Positions 31,420-40,065 of a stretch of 64,000 nucleotides of DNA are shown here, piece by piece. The translations under genes were made by a program, and so were the position numbers. Under the pieces are notes generated by a model, which saw only the letters and a program-made list of their open reading frames with translations, made no database searches and was not told the origin of the DNA. The stretch spans positions 1 through 64,000 of IMG/VR virus record IMGVR_UViG_3300017782_000007, one strand, 5' to 3'. How positions within the stretch are numbered: the stretch's first letter is position 1; each line of letters starts with the position of its first letter. Source of the DNA: a virus.

Positions 31420-31810
31420 TCTCTATAAATTTAAAGTTTAACATCCATGGTTTACCAGCTTCTAGAGCCTCTTCCACGTCATCTATAATTTTATTATAAG
31501 GTGATCCAAAGCCAAGTAAGCCATCTTCATCCCTATCTAATATTCCCTTATCTACTAGTGAGTAGACTTTGTTATTGAAATTCTCAGGAGTAATATTCCA
31601 TCCTCTAGCTTGAGCAGAGGCCCTAGCCTTTCTTTTAGCTAGTATTGAGAATCTCTGGAATCTAAATTTATAGGGTAATACAAGTACTTCTACTAACATA
31701 TCAATCTCTGATTGAGAAATAATCTTTGTTGGCGAAGATTGCATAGCATTAATTACTCTAAATAATTTTTGATAAATATTTCGTTTGTCTAACTTATGCG
31801 TTATCGTCAT
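31343..31810 (-). CDS. Putative winged-helix DNA-binding protein
   Basis: ISQSEIDML...NFNNKVYSLVDKGIL wHTH-like pattern. Confidence 0.5.
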   Translation of the reverse strand: MTITHKLDKRNIYQKLFRVINAMQSSPTKIISQSEIDMLVEVLVLPYKFRFQRFSILAKRKARASAQARGWNITPENFNNKVYSLVDKGILDRDEDGLLGFGSPYNKIIDDVEEALEAGKPWMLNFKFIENVVGETDKDTVPSGGTGNEPTGESS

Positions 31811-32051
31811 TCTCTTCTTGTTTATTTTCTGTTACAAAAGGTATAGAAGTATCTGCCTGTAATCTTTCTATAGTGTGATCATCTAATGCTTCTTGTACGG
31901 AGGGAGCTAAGTTCCATCTCTTCTTCAGAGACTCTGATAACCTCTTGTGTTCATCGTTCATTCTCTGTCCTCCTAATAGTATGGATTGTATTCCAAACAT
32001 TTCTTTTCTTGATATAGTCATCATCTTTGATGGGTTCTTTACTTTACTCAT
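31794..32051 (-). CDS. Hypothetical protein
   Basis: Likely start MSKVKNP at 32051 after TCAAAAC; the ORF-track start lies inside a promoter. Confidence 0.55.
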   Translation of the reverse strand: MSKVKNPSKMMTISRKEMFGIQSILLGGQRMNDEHKRLSESLKKRWNLAPSVQEALDDHTIERLQADTSIPFVTENKQEENDDNA

Positions 32052-32189
32052 GTTTTGAATTTGATGGGTCTCCGCCCGCACCAGTATGTGTTTGTCATTT
32101 GCATTTCCAAACCCAAACTCGTCGCGAGCTCCTCTCACCGTAGGTGACGTTAGCGTCGCTAAGTCAGTCGGTATCGCCCGACGACTCTC

Positions 32190-32218
32190 AATATACAACA
32201 TTTTTTTAGCAATGTCAA
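32190..32218 (-). promoter_or_regulatory. Sigma70-type promoter
   Basis: TTGACA-17 nt-TATATT. Confidence 0.7.
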
Positions 32219-32270
32219 ATATTCTTAGTCAAACGGACATGGAGTATAATTAATCTTGTTATAGTTTTAG

Positions 32271-32372
32271 CTAAATAAAATAGCAAATGAAGAATAAAGA
32301 TAATACGGCTAGTAGTATTCCCAGGCCAGATAAAAGTACTAAACAGCCTTTCTTAATTAACGAATAGTCCAT
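32271..32372 (-). CDS. 33-aa single-TM peptide
   Basis: MDYSLIKKGCLVLLSGLGILLAVLSLFFICYFI. Confidence 0.45.
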   Translation of the reverse strand: MDYSLIKKGCLVLLSGLGILLAVLSLFFICYFI

Positions 32373-32481
32373 ATTAGTATTATTTTGCAGTCGAGTAATA
32401 TCTGGTATTTGTAGTAAAAAGACTTTTACGAGACTTCATTTTAATGAAATTAAAATTAATATTCTTCGTTTAGAAGAATCC

Positions 32482-32694
32482 TCACTGTACTTCTTTCTCT
32501 ATTGGAGAGATACTGCACACAAGGCTATCTATAATTTTTTCATCTTCTTCGTAATGAGTGGAAGTAATTCTATAAGTCTTTCCTGTACTAAATTTTATCT
32601 CACATACATTTTCTCTTGGATATGTAATATCTTCTATATGTATATCCTTTCCTACAACATAGGGCTTTATTTTATCGGGGTTACAATTTTTCAT
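32482..32694 (-). CDS. Hypothetical protein
   Basis: 70 aa ORF. Confidence 0.55.
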   Translation of the reverse strand: MKNCNPDKIKPYVVGKDIHIEDITYPRENVCEIKFSTGKTYRITSTHYEEDEKIIDSLVCSISPIEKEVQ

Positions 32695-32788
32695 TTCTCA
32701 GTATTTAATAAAAAGACTTGTGAACAAATCTTCTTTCCTATCACAATATTAGCTACAATCACTTTCTTAATTTCCTTCTTCTTATACC

Positions 32789-33109
32789 TCATAATATAAA
32801 CCATCTATTTTTAATCTTATAAAAATCTACTGCCTGATTAGTCATATGAAAAGGTTCTACTACAGAAGAATCCATATCTATAACTCTATCTGCTTTAATC
32901 ATAGGAAACCTAGCTCTCTTCTTATCCGATCTGTACCAAGACTTATACTTAATAGTTTCTGTCCAAGGCTTTAATACCTTTACAGATATCTTATCATATT
33001 TAGGGTCTAGCGTATATTCCTTAGCCCCCTTAAGTAATACTACTAAATGATCTTTACTAGCTTCGTGCTCTATAACTTTTCCCATTGGTTGTTGTCTTTT
33101 ATATGTCAT
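32789..33109 (-). CDS. Hypothetical protein
   Basis: Likely start MTYKRQ at 33109, coupled to the upstream small ORF (TAATG). Confidence 0.55.
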   Translation of the reverse strand: MTYKRQQPMGKVIEHEASKDHLVVLLKGAKEYTLDPKYDKISVKVLKPWTETIKYKSWYRSDKKRARFPMIKADRVIDMDSSVVEPFHMTNQAVDFYKIKNRWFIL

Positions 33110-33240
33110 TATTTTAAGTTTAATCTTTTTCTTCTTATTTCTAGCGAAGTAACCCACGTTACTGGCTCGGTATTACATAATTGTGAGAAGCACTCTTCTC
33201 TATCTGCTCTATAATGTATATCCATCTCTATGTTTCTCAT
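33109..33240 (-). CDS. 43-aa leaderless ORF
   Basis: MRNIEMDIHYRADREECFSQLCNTEPVTWVTSLEIRRKRLNLK; ATG 4 nt after the promoter element. Confidence 0.5.
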   Translation of the reverse strand: MRNIEMDIHYRADREECFSQLCNTEPVTWVTSLEIRRKRLNLK

Positions 33241-33244
33241 GGTA

Positions 33245-33275
33245 CAAAGATACAACATTAAATACCGTTTGTCAA
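33245..33275 (-). promoter_or_regulatory. Host-type promoter starting the leftward module
   Basis: TTGACA-17 nt-TATCTTTG, which also matches the Bacteroidota -7 consensus TAnnTTTG. Confidence 0.75.
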
Positions 33276-33303
33276 GTTTTTAGCCAATTATTTTCAAAAA
33301 AAA

Positions 33304-33357
33304 TTTTTTTATATATAGGGTGATTGAAAATTTTTTTATATATAGGGTGATTGAAAA
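33304..33357. repeat. Perfect 27-bp tandem duplication at the strand switch
   Basis: TTTTTTTATATATAGGGTGATTGAAAA x2, plus a degenerate third copy. Confidence 0.9.
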
Positions 33358-33640
33358 TTTTATGTATATTTGAGGGGGTATACCTCCCAAAGCTGTACCC
33401 CTTAATTGATTTTGGGTCGAAAGGTGGGGGTTGCTTCTCTTGTGAGTTGTGATTTTTGGCGATGGTAATTGTGTTTGGAATGTTAGTGCTTCTGTACTAA
33501 ATACTATTTCGACAGCGGAACATCATCATCAACATCAACACATACTTTCCATGTACAATAAGTTATGACACTAGTGCTTGAGTAGGAATACAACATGCGT
33601 CATGTACGTTAGCTGTTTTCTTAACTTAAATATTAATATC

Positions 33641-34258
33641 ATGACTGAAGTACAAAAATTAAAGGAACAAGCTCAAGAAGTATTCGCACAAACATTTGCT
33701 GAATTCGCTAAACCTGAACACGCTAATAACACTAAAACGTATAGCGCAACAGGGAACAATAGTGGATTTGCGTCAGATGCGTGGGCTGAATACTGTATTG
33801 CTGGACAAGAGAAACCATTGCATACAACTATTGATTTAGCTGCTTTACCATATAAGATGAAAGCACGAATCATTGGTTATAACTTTGCTACTACTACGGA
33901 CTCTTCTGGAAAAGACGTGCCAGTATTGGACGCGCAAGGTAAGAAAATGCCTAAGGACTTCTTGAACTTAGTTGATTTGCCTATTACTGTTACTAAGAAG
34001 AACGGTAGTAGAGAATCTAAAGTTATTCAAGTTGCTCAGATTGTTGCAGCAATAGTATACAGAGATGTTATTACTAGTGTGATTCAAGAGGATTCAGAAA
34101 TGTGTCTTAAACTTACAATCAACGAGAAAAGTCCAGCATATTGTAGAACTAGGTTGTATGAAGGCAAGGAATTCATGAAGGTCATTGGGGATACTGGTGA
34201 AAAGTATGAGGATGTTACGAGAGAGATTGATGAAAAGATTGCTGCAATAAATGCTTAA
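33641..34258 (+). CDS. Early hypothetical protein
   Basis: Start MTEVQK after an AACTTAAATATTAATATC leader. Confidence 0.7.
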   Translation: MTEVQKLKEQAQEVFAQTFAEFAKPEHANNTKTYSATGNNSGFASDAWAEYCIAGQEKPLHTTIDLAALPYKMKARIIGYNFATTTDSSGKDVPVLDAQGKKMPKDFLNLVDLPITVTKKNGSRESKVIQVAQIVAAIVYRDVITSVIQEDSEMCLKLTINEKSPAYCRTRLYEGKEFMKVIGDTGEKYEDVTREIDEKIAAINA

Positions 34259-34330
34259 TGCTAATAGCTTCCCCCACCTTAGACTCCATTTTAGTACTAT
34301 CTCCCGCTTCTCATGCTTACGGTAGTGCTA

Positions 34331-34388
34331 CTCACAAGATATCCTTCTCACAAGATAGAATACTCACAAGATAGAATACTCACAAGAT
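34331..34388. repeat. 4 x CTCACAAGAT at a 16-bp period (iteron-like)
   Basis: Copies at 34331, 34347, 34363, 34379. Confidence 0.9.
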
Positions 34389-34461
34389 TTAGTAACCGGG
34401 TTCGATACTTACATCTGAGCCGTAAACTCACATAGCACTAGAGTATAAAGTGCCTAATATC

Positions 34462-35115
34462 ATGATGAATTCGTTCAATCCTACACAAGCATTAAAGATC
34501 CATGTAAATGATGACAGAATTGAGACTAAACAAGTCTTAGTATGTTCAAACGTTACATTAGAAAACAGTACAAAGTCTCATCGTGCTGTTATTACTGAAG
34601 CGATTAAGCAAAGATGGCAACATTGTGCTATCGAGATGGGGAAATCGTTACACTACGCGTATATAGACGAGAAATACAATGATAACAACGACATGTTCCA
34701 AATTACGATGGAAGCATGTTCGGAGGGAATTACTGAGAATGTATTCAACCCTTACTCATTTGCATTAATGACTAAGTTTATTGAGAAACTTGATTTGTTA
34801 GCTACTTTCGAGGGACATGAGAGTATTGATGTTGACTTTAGAACAATTGTTCAATTAGTTAAAGCATTGAAAGATTATTCTCCTCAATGTGGATTTGCTA
34901 GTGATAAGGAAAAAGCTACTAAGGTTGCTGATAAGTTATTTAATCAGTTATTGGAAATAGTAGTTGCTTATACTTATAGTCCTCCACAACCTACTCTTGA
35001 ACCATTATCTCCTCTTGAGAAGAAGAAGAAAGCTAGATTAGCTAATATTTCAAAGCCAGAGAAGGAAGATAAAGCCTTTGAATTTGCTGCTGATGATGAT
35101 CTATTAAAAGATTAA
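34462..35115 (+). CDS. Early hypothetical protein
   Basis: ~217 aa ORF, ATG 34462. Confidence 0.7.
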   Translation: MMNSFNPTQALKIHVNDDRIETKQVLVCSNVTLENSTKSHRAVITEAIKQRWQHCAIEMGKSLHYAYIDEKYNDNNDMFQITMEACSEGITENVFNPYSFALMTKFIEKLDLLATFEGHESIDVDFRTIVQLVKALKDYSPQCGFASDKEKATKVADKLFNQLLEIVVAYTYSPPQPTLEPLSPLEKKKKARLANISKPEKEDKAFEFAADDDLLKD

Positions 35116-35158
35116 TCACATGGTTATAAAGATTGTTACATATAGATGAATCCCTTTG

Positions 35159-35192
35159 GAGAGTTGCTATTAATTTAGTAGCTCTCTTTTTT
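35159..35192 (+). terminator. Intrinsic terminator
   Basis: GAGAGTTGCTA-TTAATT-TAGTAGCTCTC then T-run. Confidence 0.75.
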
Positions 35193-35215
35193 GTTTACCT
35201 TAAAATAACATTGTT

Positions 35216-35560
35216 ATGACAAATGAAGTAATAAACAACTTATTGGAAATAGCTGAATTGAATCGTGAGACTCAAACTCTTGTACTATTAATTAAACATT
35301 CTCCTCAAGAGAATCTTAAAGAATATCGCAAGCAGCTCTTAATACGTAAGGAAGAAAAGTTATCTAAGTATGATACAAGAGAGATAGAAGCTGTAGATAA
35401 TAAGATATATCTTACTATTACTCAAGCACATTCTTTAGCATACCACCTCAATAGACCATTTGAGGAGAATGAGGAATATGATGATGGCTACTGTAGTAGT
35501 GATCGTGAAGTATCTCCTCCTTGGGATGATAATGAAGCTGCTTATTGGAATATGGATTAG
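35216..35560 (+). CDS. Hypothetical protein
   Basis: 114 aa, TAAAA leader. Confidence 0.7.
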   Translation: MTNEVINNLLEIAELNRETQTLVLLIKHSPQENLKEYRKQLLIRKEEKLSKYDTREIEAVDNKIYLTITQAHSLAYHLNRPFEENEEYDDGYCSSDREVSPPWDDNEAAYWNMD

Positions 35561-35610
35561 AATTATGAGGGTGAAACTCCCTCTATTTTTAACCTTAAAA
35601 CAGTAATATT

Positions 35611-35919
35611 ATGATCAGTAAACATGTAATCGAAGAATTAGCAAAATTAAACAAAGAATTATCTAATACCCACAAAATAGATGCTTTCATCCTTGATGTG
35701 ATTAATCAAATTAGGACTAACCAGTTAATTTTAAACAAACGTGGATACTACGTTTGTAACATAGGTGGCCTTTTTACATCTTTATTCCACTTAAATGGAC
35801 CTTTACCACTTAAAGCGTATGAAGAACTTAGCGAAGCATTTAAGGAAGCAGGATTTACTGTTAAACCTTTTGTAGGCACCGAACATTTGATTGATAAATT
35901 CTTTTTTAAACCTTCTTAA
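35611..35919 (+). CDS. Hypothetical protein
   Basis: 102 aa, AACCTTAAAA leader. Confidence 0.7.
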   Translation: MISKHVIEELAKLNKELSNTHKIDAFILDVINQIRTNQLILNKRGYYVCNIGGLFTSLFHLNGPLPLKAYEELSEAFKEAGFTVKPFVGTEHLIDKFFFKPS

Positions 35920-36158
35920 ACCCGTATGTTATGGCATTAGCTACAGCTATTATCATTATTGGAATACTACTCGCATTAGCTGAGACTTCCAGATAAACCA
36001 TAACATAACCATGATTACCTAAGCACAGACTCCTAACAGAACGGAGTCCAGAGCACCTTAGTCGGATATGGTGCCAGAATATGACCGACTATTTCCCTTA
36101 ACAGGGTGAGCATCCTATGTCACGGGCAATGCAATATAACCTAATAGACACATTTTAA

Positions 36159-36322
36159 GCCTGATCGTGATACCATCCTAAGTAACTGGAGTATCACCCT
36201 TATCTTGAGACGTTCAAAGAATTACTACTCAAGAGAATGGAAGCTGAAAGAGAGTCAGCAGCATAGTAACGGATTAATAGCGTGCTATGTCGAAATTAAA
36301 GGTGCGAATCCTTCATCAGGCA
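36159..36322 (+). ncRNA. tRNA-like RNA (acceptor + T-arm) with four internal hairpins and no anticodon arm
   Basis: GCCTGAT/ATCAGGC 7-bp stem stacked on AAAGG-TGCGAAT-CCTTC, discriminator A. Confidence 0.6.
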
Positions 36323-36343
36323 CTATTCGTGAGATAATTTGTT

Positions 36344-36373
36344 AAGGGGAGCATTAGTGCTCCCTTATTTTTT
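36344..36373 (+). terminator. Intrinsic terminator
   Basis: GGGAGCA-TTAG-TGCTCCC then TTATTTTTT. Confidence 0.75.
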
Positions 36374-36391
36374 CAACCTAAAAAGATTAAT

Positions 36392-36550
36392 ATGAATATC
36401 ATAAAACAATCTAAACTCTGGTGGAATAAACTTCCATTAGAGGATAAACTCTATCAAATCTCAGGAACTACTATGACAGTAGCTAGTATAACTGAGACGC
36501 AAGTTAAGCAATTGTATTTGCTTGCGAGAGGACCACAAGAAAGAAATTAA
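36392..36550 (+). CDS. 52-aa hypothetical protein
   Basis: MNIIKQSKLWWNKLPLEDKL...; AACCTAAAAA leader. Confidence 0.6.
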   Translation: MNIIKQSKLWWNKLPLEDKLYQISGTTMTVASITETQVKQLYLLARGPQERN

Positions 36551-36567
36551 TTTACTCAACCTTAAAA

Positions 36568-37014
36568 TTGACAAACGTGAGAGATTTAAAAAGATTAGCA
36601 ATCATAGTATTCCCACTCTTATCTGTATTATTATACTTGCTAGGCCAGAATGAAGCTGATAAGTATGATGAAGCATCCTATCAATTGATTGAGACTAAGA
36701 AAGAAGTTAGAGAACTTCAGAAGTCATTAGATATCAATGAGGAGATGCTTACTGAAGAAATAGAGAAAACAAGAGCTCATCAAATAGCTTTTGAACACAT
36801 CAGACAACCAGAAGACCAACTATACTACATGACATTCTTTAATACTTCGGACGAAGTAGAGATGTTTGTGGAAGGTACATTCTATAATCCTGCTGAAAAA
36901 GGATTAAAAACAATTGATATATCCCCAGATATGGAGGAAGAAATGAAAGTATACTCTAAGTTCTTCAAGGAATTAGAATACGAAATAACATATTCTCATA
37001 CTCTTGGGGAATAA
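36568..37014 (+). CDS. Membrane-anchored coiled-coil protein
   Basis: N-terminal TM followed by a coiled coil. Confidence 0.65.
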   Translation: MTNVRDLKRLAIIVFPLLSVLLYLLGQNEADKYDEASYQLIETKKEVRELQKSLDINEEMLTEEIEKTRAHQIAFEHIRQPEDQLYYMTFFNTSDEVEMFVEGTFYNPAEKGLKTIDISPDMEEEMKVYSKFFKELEYEITYSHTLGE

Positions 37015-37187
37015 AATATGATGTTCGTTTAATTGGGGGAGCAGAACTAGTCTCCCCTTTTTACCTGTTCCCCCAACAGGTTCGACATGTACATCTGAAT
37101 TGATTACAATTGGGTTTTATTGATATATGGTAGAAGGGGGAGTATTTATACTCTCCCTACTTTAAGTTAAGAAAAATGCGTCAGGAA

Positions 37188-37235
37188 TTCCCACAGGTTA
37201 AATAACTGTAACCTCATTTGCGTGAGGTGTGGGAA
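37188..37235 (+). ncRNA. Three-way-junction RNA motif, copy 1 (Flavo-1-like?)
   Basis: TTCCCACA/TGTGGGAA, GGTT-AAAT-AACT, GTAA, CCTCA-TTTGCG-TGAGG. Confidence 0.65.
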
Positions 37236-37256
37236 CTAATCAAAATACCTATTACA

Positions 37257-37496
37257 ATGAAAAAAAGAAATATTTTATCGGTACTCTTATATTTATGGTT
37301 ATCTTTCTCTTGCTTGTACTTCTTTGCAGTACTTAAAAGAGCACATGATGACATTGATAAGAATTACCACATTAAACTTGAAGAACAAAGAGTTTTAAAA
37401 GACTCTATTAAATTATTAAAAAAAGAAATTTACGATGAAACTAGAAGGAATAATTATCGGAATTCTCCTCCTATCCTTGATGGGAGCGGGGATTAA
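37257..37496 (+). CDS. Small membrane-anchored protein
   Basis: MKKRNILSVLLYLWL... TM segment. Confidence 0.55.
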   Translation: MKKRNILSVLLYLWLSFSCLYFFAVLKRAHDDIDKNYHIKLEEQRVLKDSIKLLKKEIYDETRRNNYRNSPPILDGSGD

Positions 37497-37899
37497 TAGT
37501 ATATATACTCAGTATGAAAACCATATCCCTGAGTATACTTACACGTCTCCTGCTATTGAAGCAGATACAGTTGACCGACTAGCGGAATTGCGTAAGAGAT
37601 TTGAACCTCTACATAATAATCGCTATGACTTCAACATGCGAATGTGGCTAAGGGATAACCCTAATACTACATATGAATTAGCAGAAGCTCATAGAGTGAT
37701 GCTATGGAAGAAATACTCAGGCTATTCCAAGCCAATGAAAGGATATTCTGGTACATATAATCAGGAAACTAAGAGATATGAACCAACAATACTTAGCGAA
37801 CTTAGAAAAGAGCCTTCATTCATTGAAGAATATGCTCAACGTACAGCACCTATAGAAACCCCTGAAACTATTATTGAAATTAAAATCGTACACAGATGA
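37435..37899 (+). CDS. Membrane-anchored hypothetical protein
   Basis: N-terminal TM, 154 aa. Confidence 0.65.
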   Translation: MKLEGIIIGILLLSLMGAGINSIYTQYENHIPEYTYTSPAIEADTVDRLAELRKRFEPLHNNRYDFNMRMWLRDNPNTTYELAEAHRVMLWKKYSGYSKPMKGYSGTYNQETKRYEPTILSELRKEPSFIEEYAQRTAPIETPETIIEIKIVHR

Positions 37900-38063
37900 G
37901 AATTATTATAATTCTATGTATCTGGGTATACTTTGTGATAAGCTTCGGCTGTCCAAAGTCAACAACTCTCCCCTCAGCAGAGTTACAAGGAGCAATAGAC
38001 ATATCTTTGTCACTAATCCTAGTCGGATTATGTTTGCACGGGTATGCTAAAAAGAATATGTGA
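37896..38063 (+). CDS. 55-aa membrane protein/lipoprotein
   Basis: MRIIIILCIWVYFVISFGC...LSLILVGLCLHGY; ATGA overlap. Confidence 0.5.
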   Translation: MRIIIILCIWVYFVISFGCPKSTTLPSAELQGAIDISLSLILVGLCLHGYAKKNM

Positions 38064-38212
38064 TAGGTTGAACGATGGGAGGTACTCAAGTAATTGGGTG
38101 CTTCCCACTTTAACAAAGAACTTTTCATGCGTTTGTTTTAATCTGGTGAGACAGCTTAGCGGCTGTCTTACTTTTTTCCCTCGTCATTAGCGTGACACAA
38201 AATTGTTTTAAG

Positions 38213-38971
38213 ATGTTAGAATACTTAAAAAAAATACGACCTTTCCATGTAATCAACGTAGTGTTAGATTACTTGGTGGAATCTAAATACATTCAAATAT
38301 ATTCTGCAATGTGTTTATTGGTTGGAATGTATGTAACCACTATGGTTGCATTTAATACAATCACTTATATAGCTGGCTTGGAAGTACTTCCTAAATTAGC
38401 CACTACTACTGAAACGACAACGATTATTGATTCTCCGAAGAAATTATCTTCTATGGCCAAGCCAGAAAGAGAATACGACAGCAACAAAGGAACAAAGAAT
38501 GCTACACCTTATTACTTGAAAGAGATGTCAGAAGTGGCAATCAAGGAACAAGATAAATTTGGTATACCTGCTAGTATTACGTTAGCTCAATATCACCTTG
38601 AATCAGGTGTAAGGGCAGATAAACCACCTTCAGACCTAGCAGTTGAAGATAATAACTGGTTTGGAATGAAATATACTGATAACTTCTATGCATTTCTTAA
38701 GAAAAGAGGAATAGTGATAAGTAGAGGAGAGAAAAGATGCAACAGAAGAGGTAAAGATTGTGCTAATTATGCTGTATTTGCTAGTAGATGGGAATGTTTT
38801 AGAGCTAAGTCTCTACTACTTACCAACTCAAACTACAGTAGAATTAAAGGAGATACGTACATTGATTGGGCTAAGGGATTAAAGGAGTATGGCTATGCTA
38901 CTGACCCCAATTATGATAAGAAGTTAATAAAAATAGTGGAAAAGTTTGGCTTAGCCAAATACGATTCATAA
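38213..38971 (+). CDS. Membrane-anchored GH73 glucosaminidase (FlgJ-like)
   Basis: GIPASITLAQYHLESG, NNWFGMK, GYATDPNYDKKL; TM near the N-terminus. Confidence 0.9.
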   Translation: MLEYLKKIRPFHVINVVLDYLVESKYIQIYSAMCLLVGMYVTTMVAFNTITYIAGLEVLPKLATTTETTTIIDSPKKLSSMAKPEREYDSNKGTKNATPYYLKEMSEVAIKEQDKFGIPASITLAQYHLESGVRADKPPSDLAVEDNNWFGMKYTDNFYAFLKKRGIVISRGEKRCNRRGKDCANYAVFASRWECFRAKSLLLTNSNYSRIKGDTYIDWAKGLKEYGYATDPNYDKKLIKIVEKFGLAKYDS

Positions 38972-39049
38972 AGAAACGTTTGTTCATAGTAGAGAGGGTA
39001 TCCCTGGCCAGTAACATGGTCGGGGACTTTTTACACAATCACATAAATA

Positions 39050-39244
39050 ATGGCACAAAGAACAAGTAAAAAAGAAATATATAACCGAGCATGGAATGAT
39101 GCTATCATATCTATACTCGAACACCTTCTTGAAGAGGGACAAGGAATAGATTTATCTCATTTCAACCGAAAGGAAGAGATTAGAGAGAAAAAATACAAAG
39201 AATTTGAAGAACTAGAGAAGGAATTAAGGCGTAGGCATACGTAA
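39050..39244 (+). CDS. Hypothetical protein
   Basis: 64 aa, A-rich leader. Confidence 0.6.
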   Translation: MAQRTSKKEIYNRAWNDAIISILEHLLEEGQGIDLSHFNRKEEIREKKYKEFEELEKELRRRHT

Positions 39245-39421
39245 CTGACCAGCTCTGTTCTTTAGGGTACAGAGCAAATCTACAGTCCACGGGCTGTAGA
39301 GTTAGGATCGTGCAACGCGTACGGCCAAGGCTACAATGACTGAGATTTGATAATAACATCCGAGTACCAGGGAGAGTCTAGTTTAGGCTCTCCTTATTTA
39401 AAAACTTAAAAATAGTTATTT

Positions 39422-39775
39422 ATGATACATGCATCATTAGATTATTCCCCGAAAAAGCTACAGAATGTTGATGAAGAAGAGATTATTAAGCTATTAAGAT
39501 GCTTAATATTTGCAGACAGGGTATACTCTGCACGTATATTAGTTATGACTATATATGGTGTTGATTATACTGAGTCAATCTTCATTGTCCAGCAGACAAA
39601 AACATTATTGGGGAGTAAAGCTCCTGATTTAAAATACAAGAAATTCATCTCTCCCAACAAGTTTAACGACTTATTAAAGGCGATAGATAACCCTAGGTTC
39701 TATGATTTCCCTAACCGAGACTCATTAGAATACAAGGAAAAAACTATTAAAGATATTACTGGCCATGGAAGATAG
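39422..39775 (+). CDS. Hypothetical protein
   Basis: 117 aa, AACTTAAAAA leader. Confidence 0.6.
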   Translation: MIHASLDYSPKKLQNVDEEEIIKLLRCLIFADRVYSARILVMTIYGVDYTESIFIVQQTKTLLGSKAPDLKYKKFISPNKFNDLLKAIDNPRFYDFPNRDSLEYKEKTIKDITGHGR

Positions 39776-39940
39776 CAGTTTAGTATTCTTACCAGTATCT
39801 GTAATGTCCTATAGATTGAGAAGAGCTCTCTTTTCAAATAGGACATACGTATCCGGAGATCGTTACATCATTCCATTGGAGATGTTAATGATCAATGGTA
39901 GTGCCTACATGGAAGTATTAGTCTTAATGAAATAGCCCTA

Positions 39941-40045
39941 GGTATAGCAGGTTTGCTATTGGTTGTATTGTTAATGTTGAGAGTTGGTTACTCTTCAACA
40001 ACTTTACTAAATGCCAATAATTAGGTTCAATTCCTTTTTATACCG
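39941..40045 (+). ncRNA. tRNA-like RNA (tmRNA-TLD-like layout), no anticodon
   Basis: GGTATAG/TTATACC acceptor, CAGGTTTGC linker, long hairpin TATTGG..CCAATA, T-arm TTAGG-TTCAATT-CCTTT (only 3 bp). Confidence 0.5.
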
Positions 40046-40065
40046 CTAACCAAACCATTGTTATC

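Noticed and set aside
34331-34388. Mini-CRISPR array
   Set aside because: 10-bp repeats with 6-bp, partly identical spacers; no cas genes
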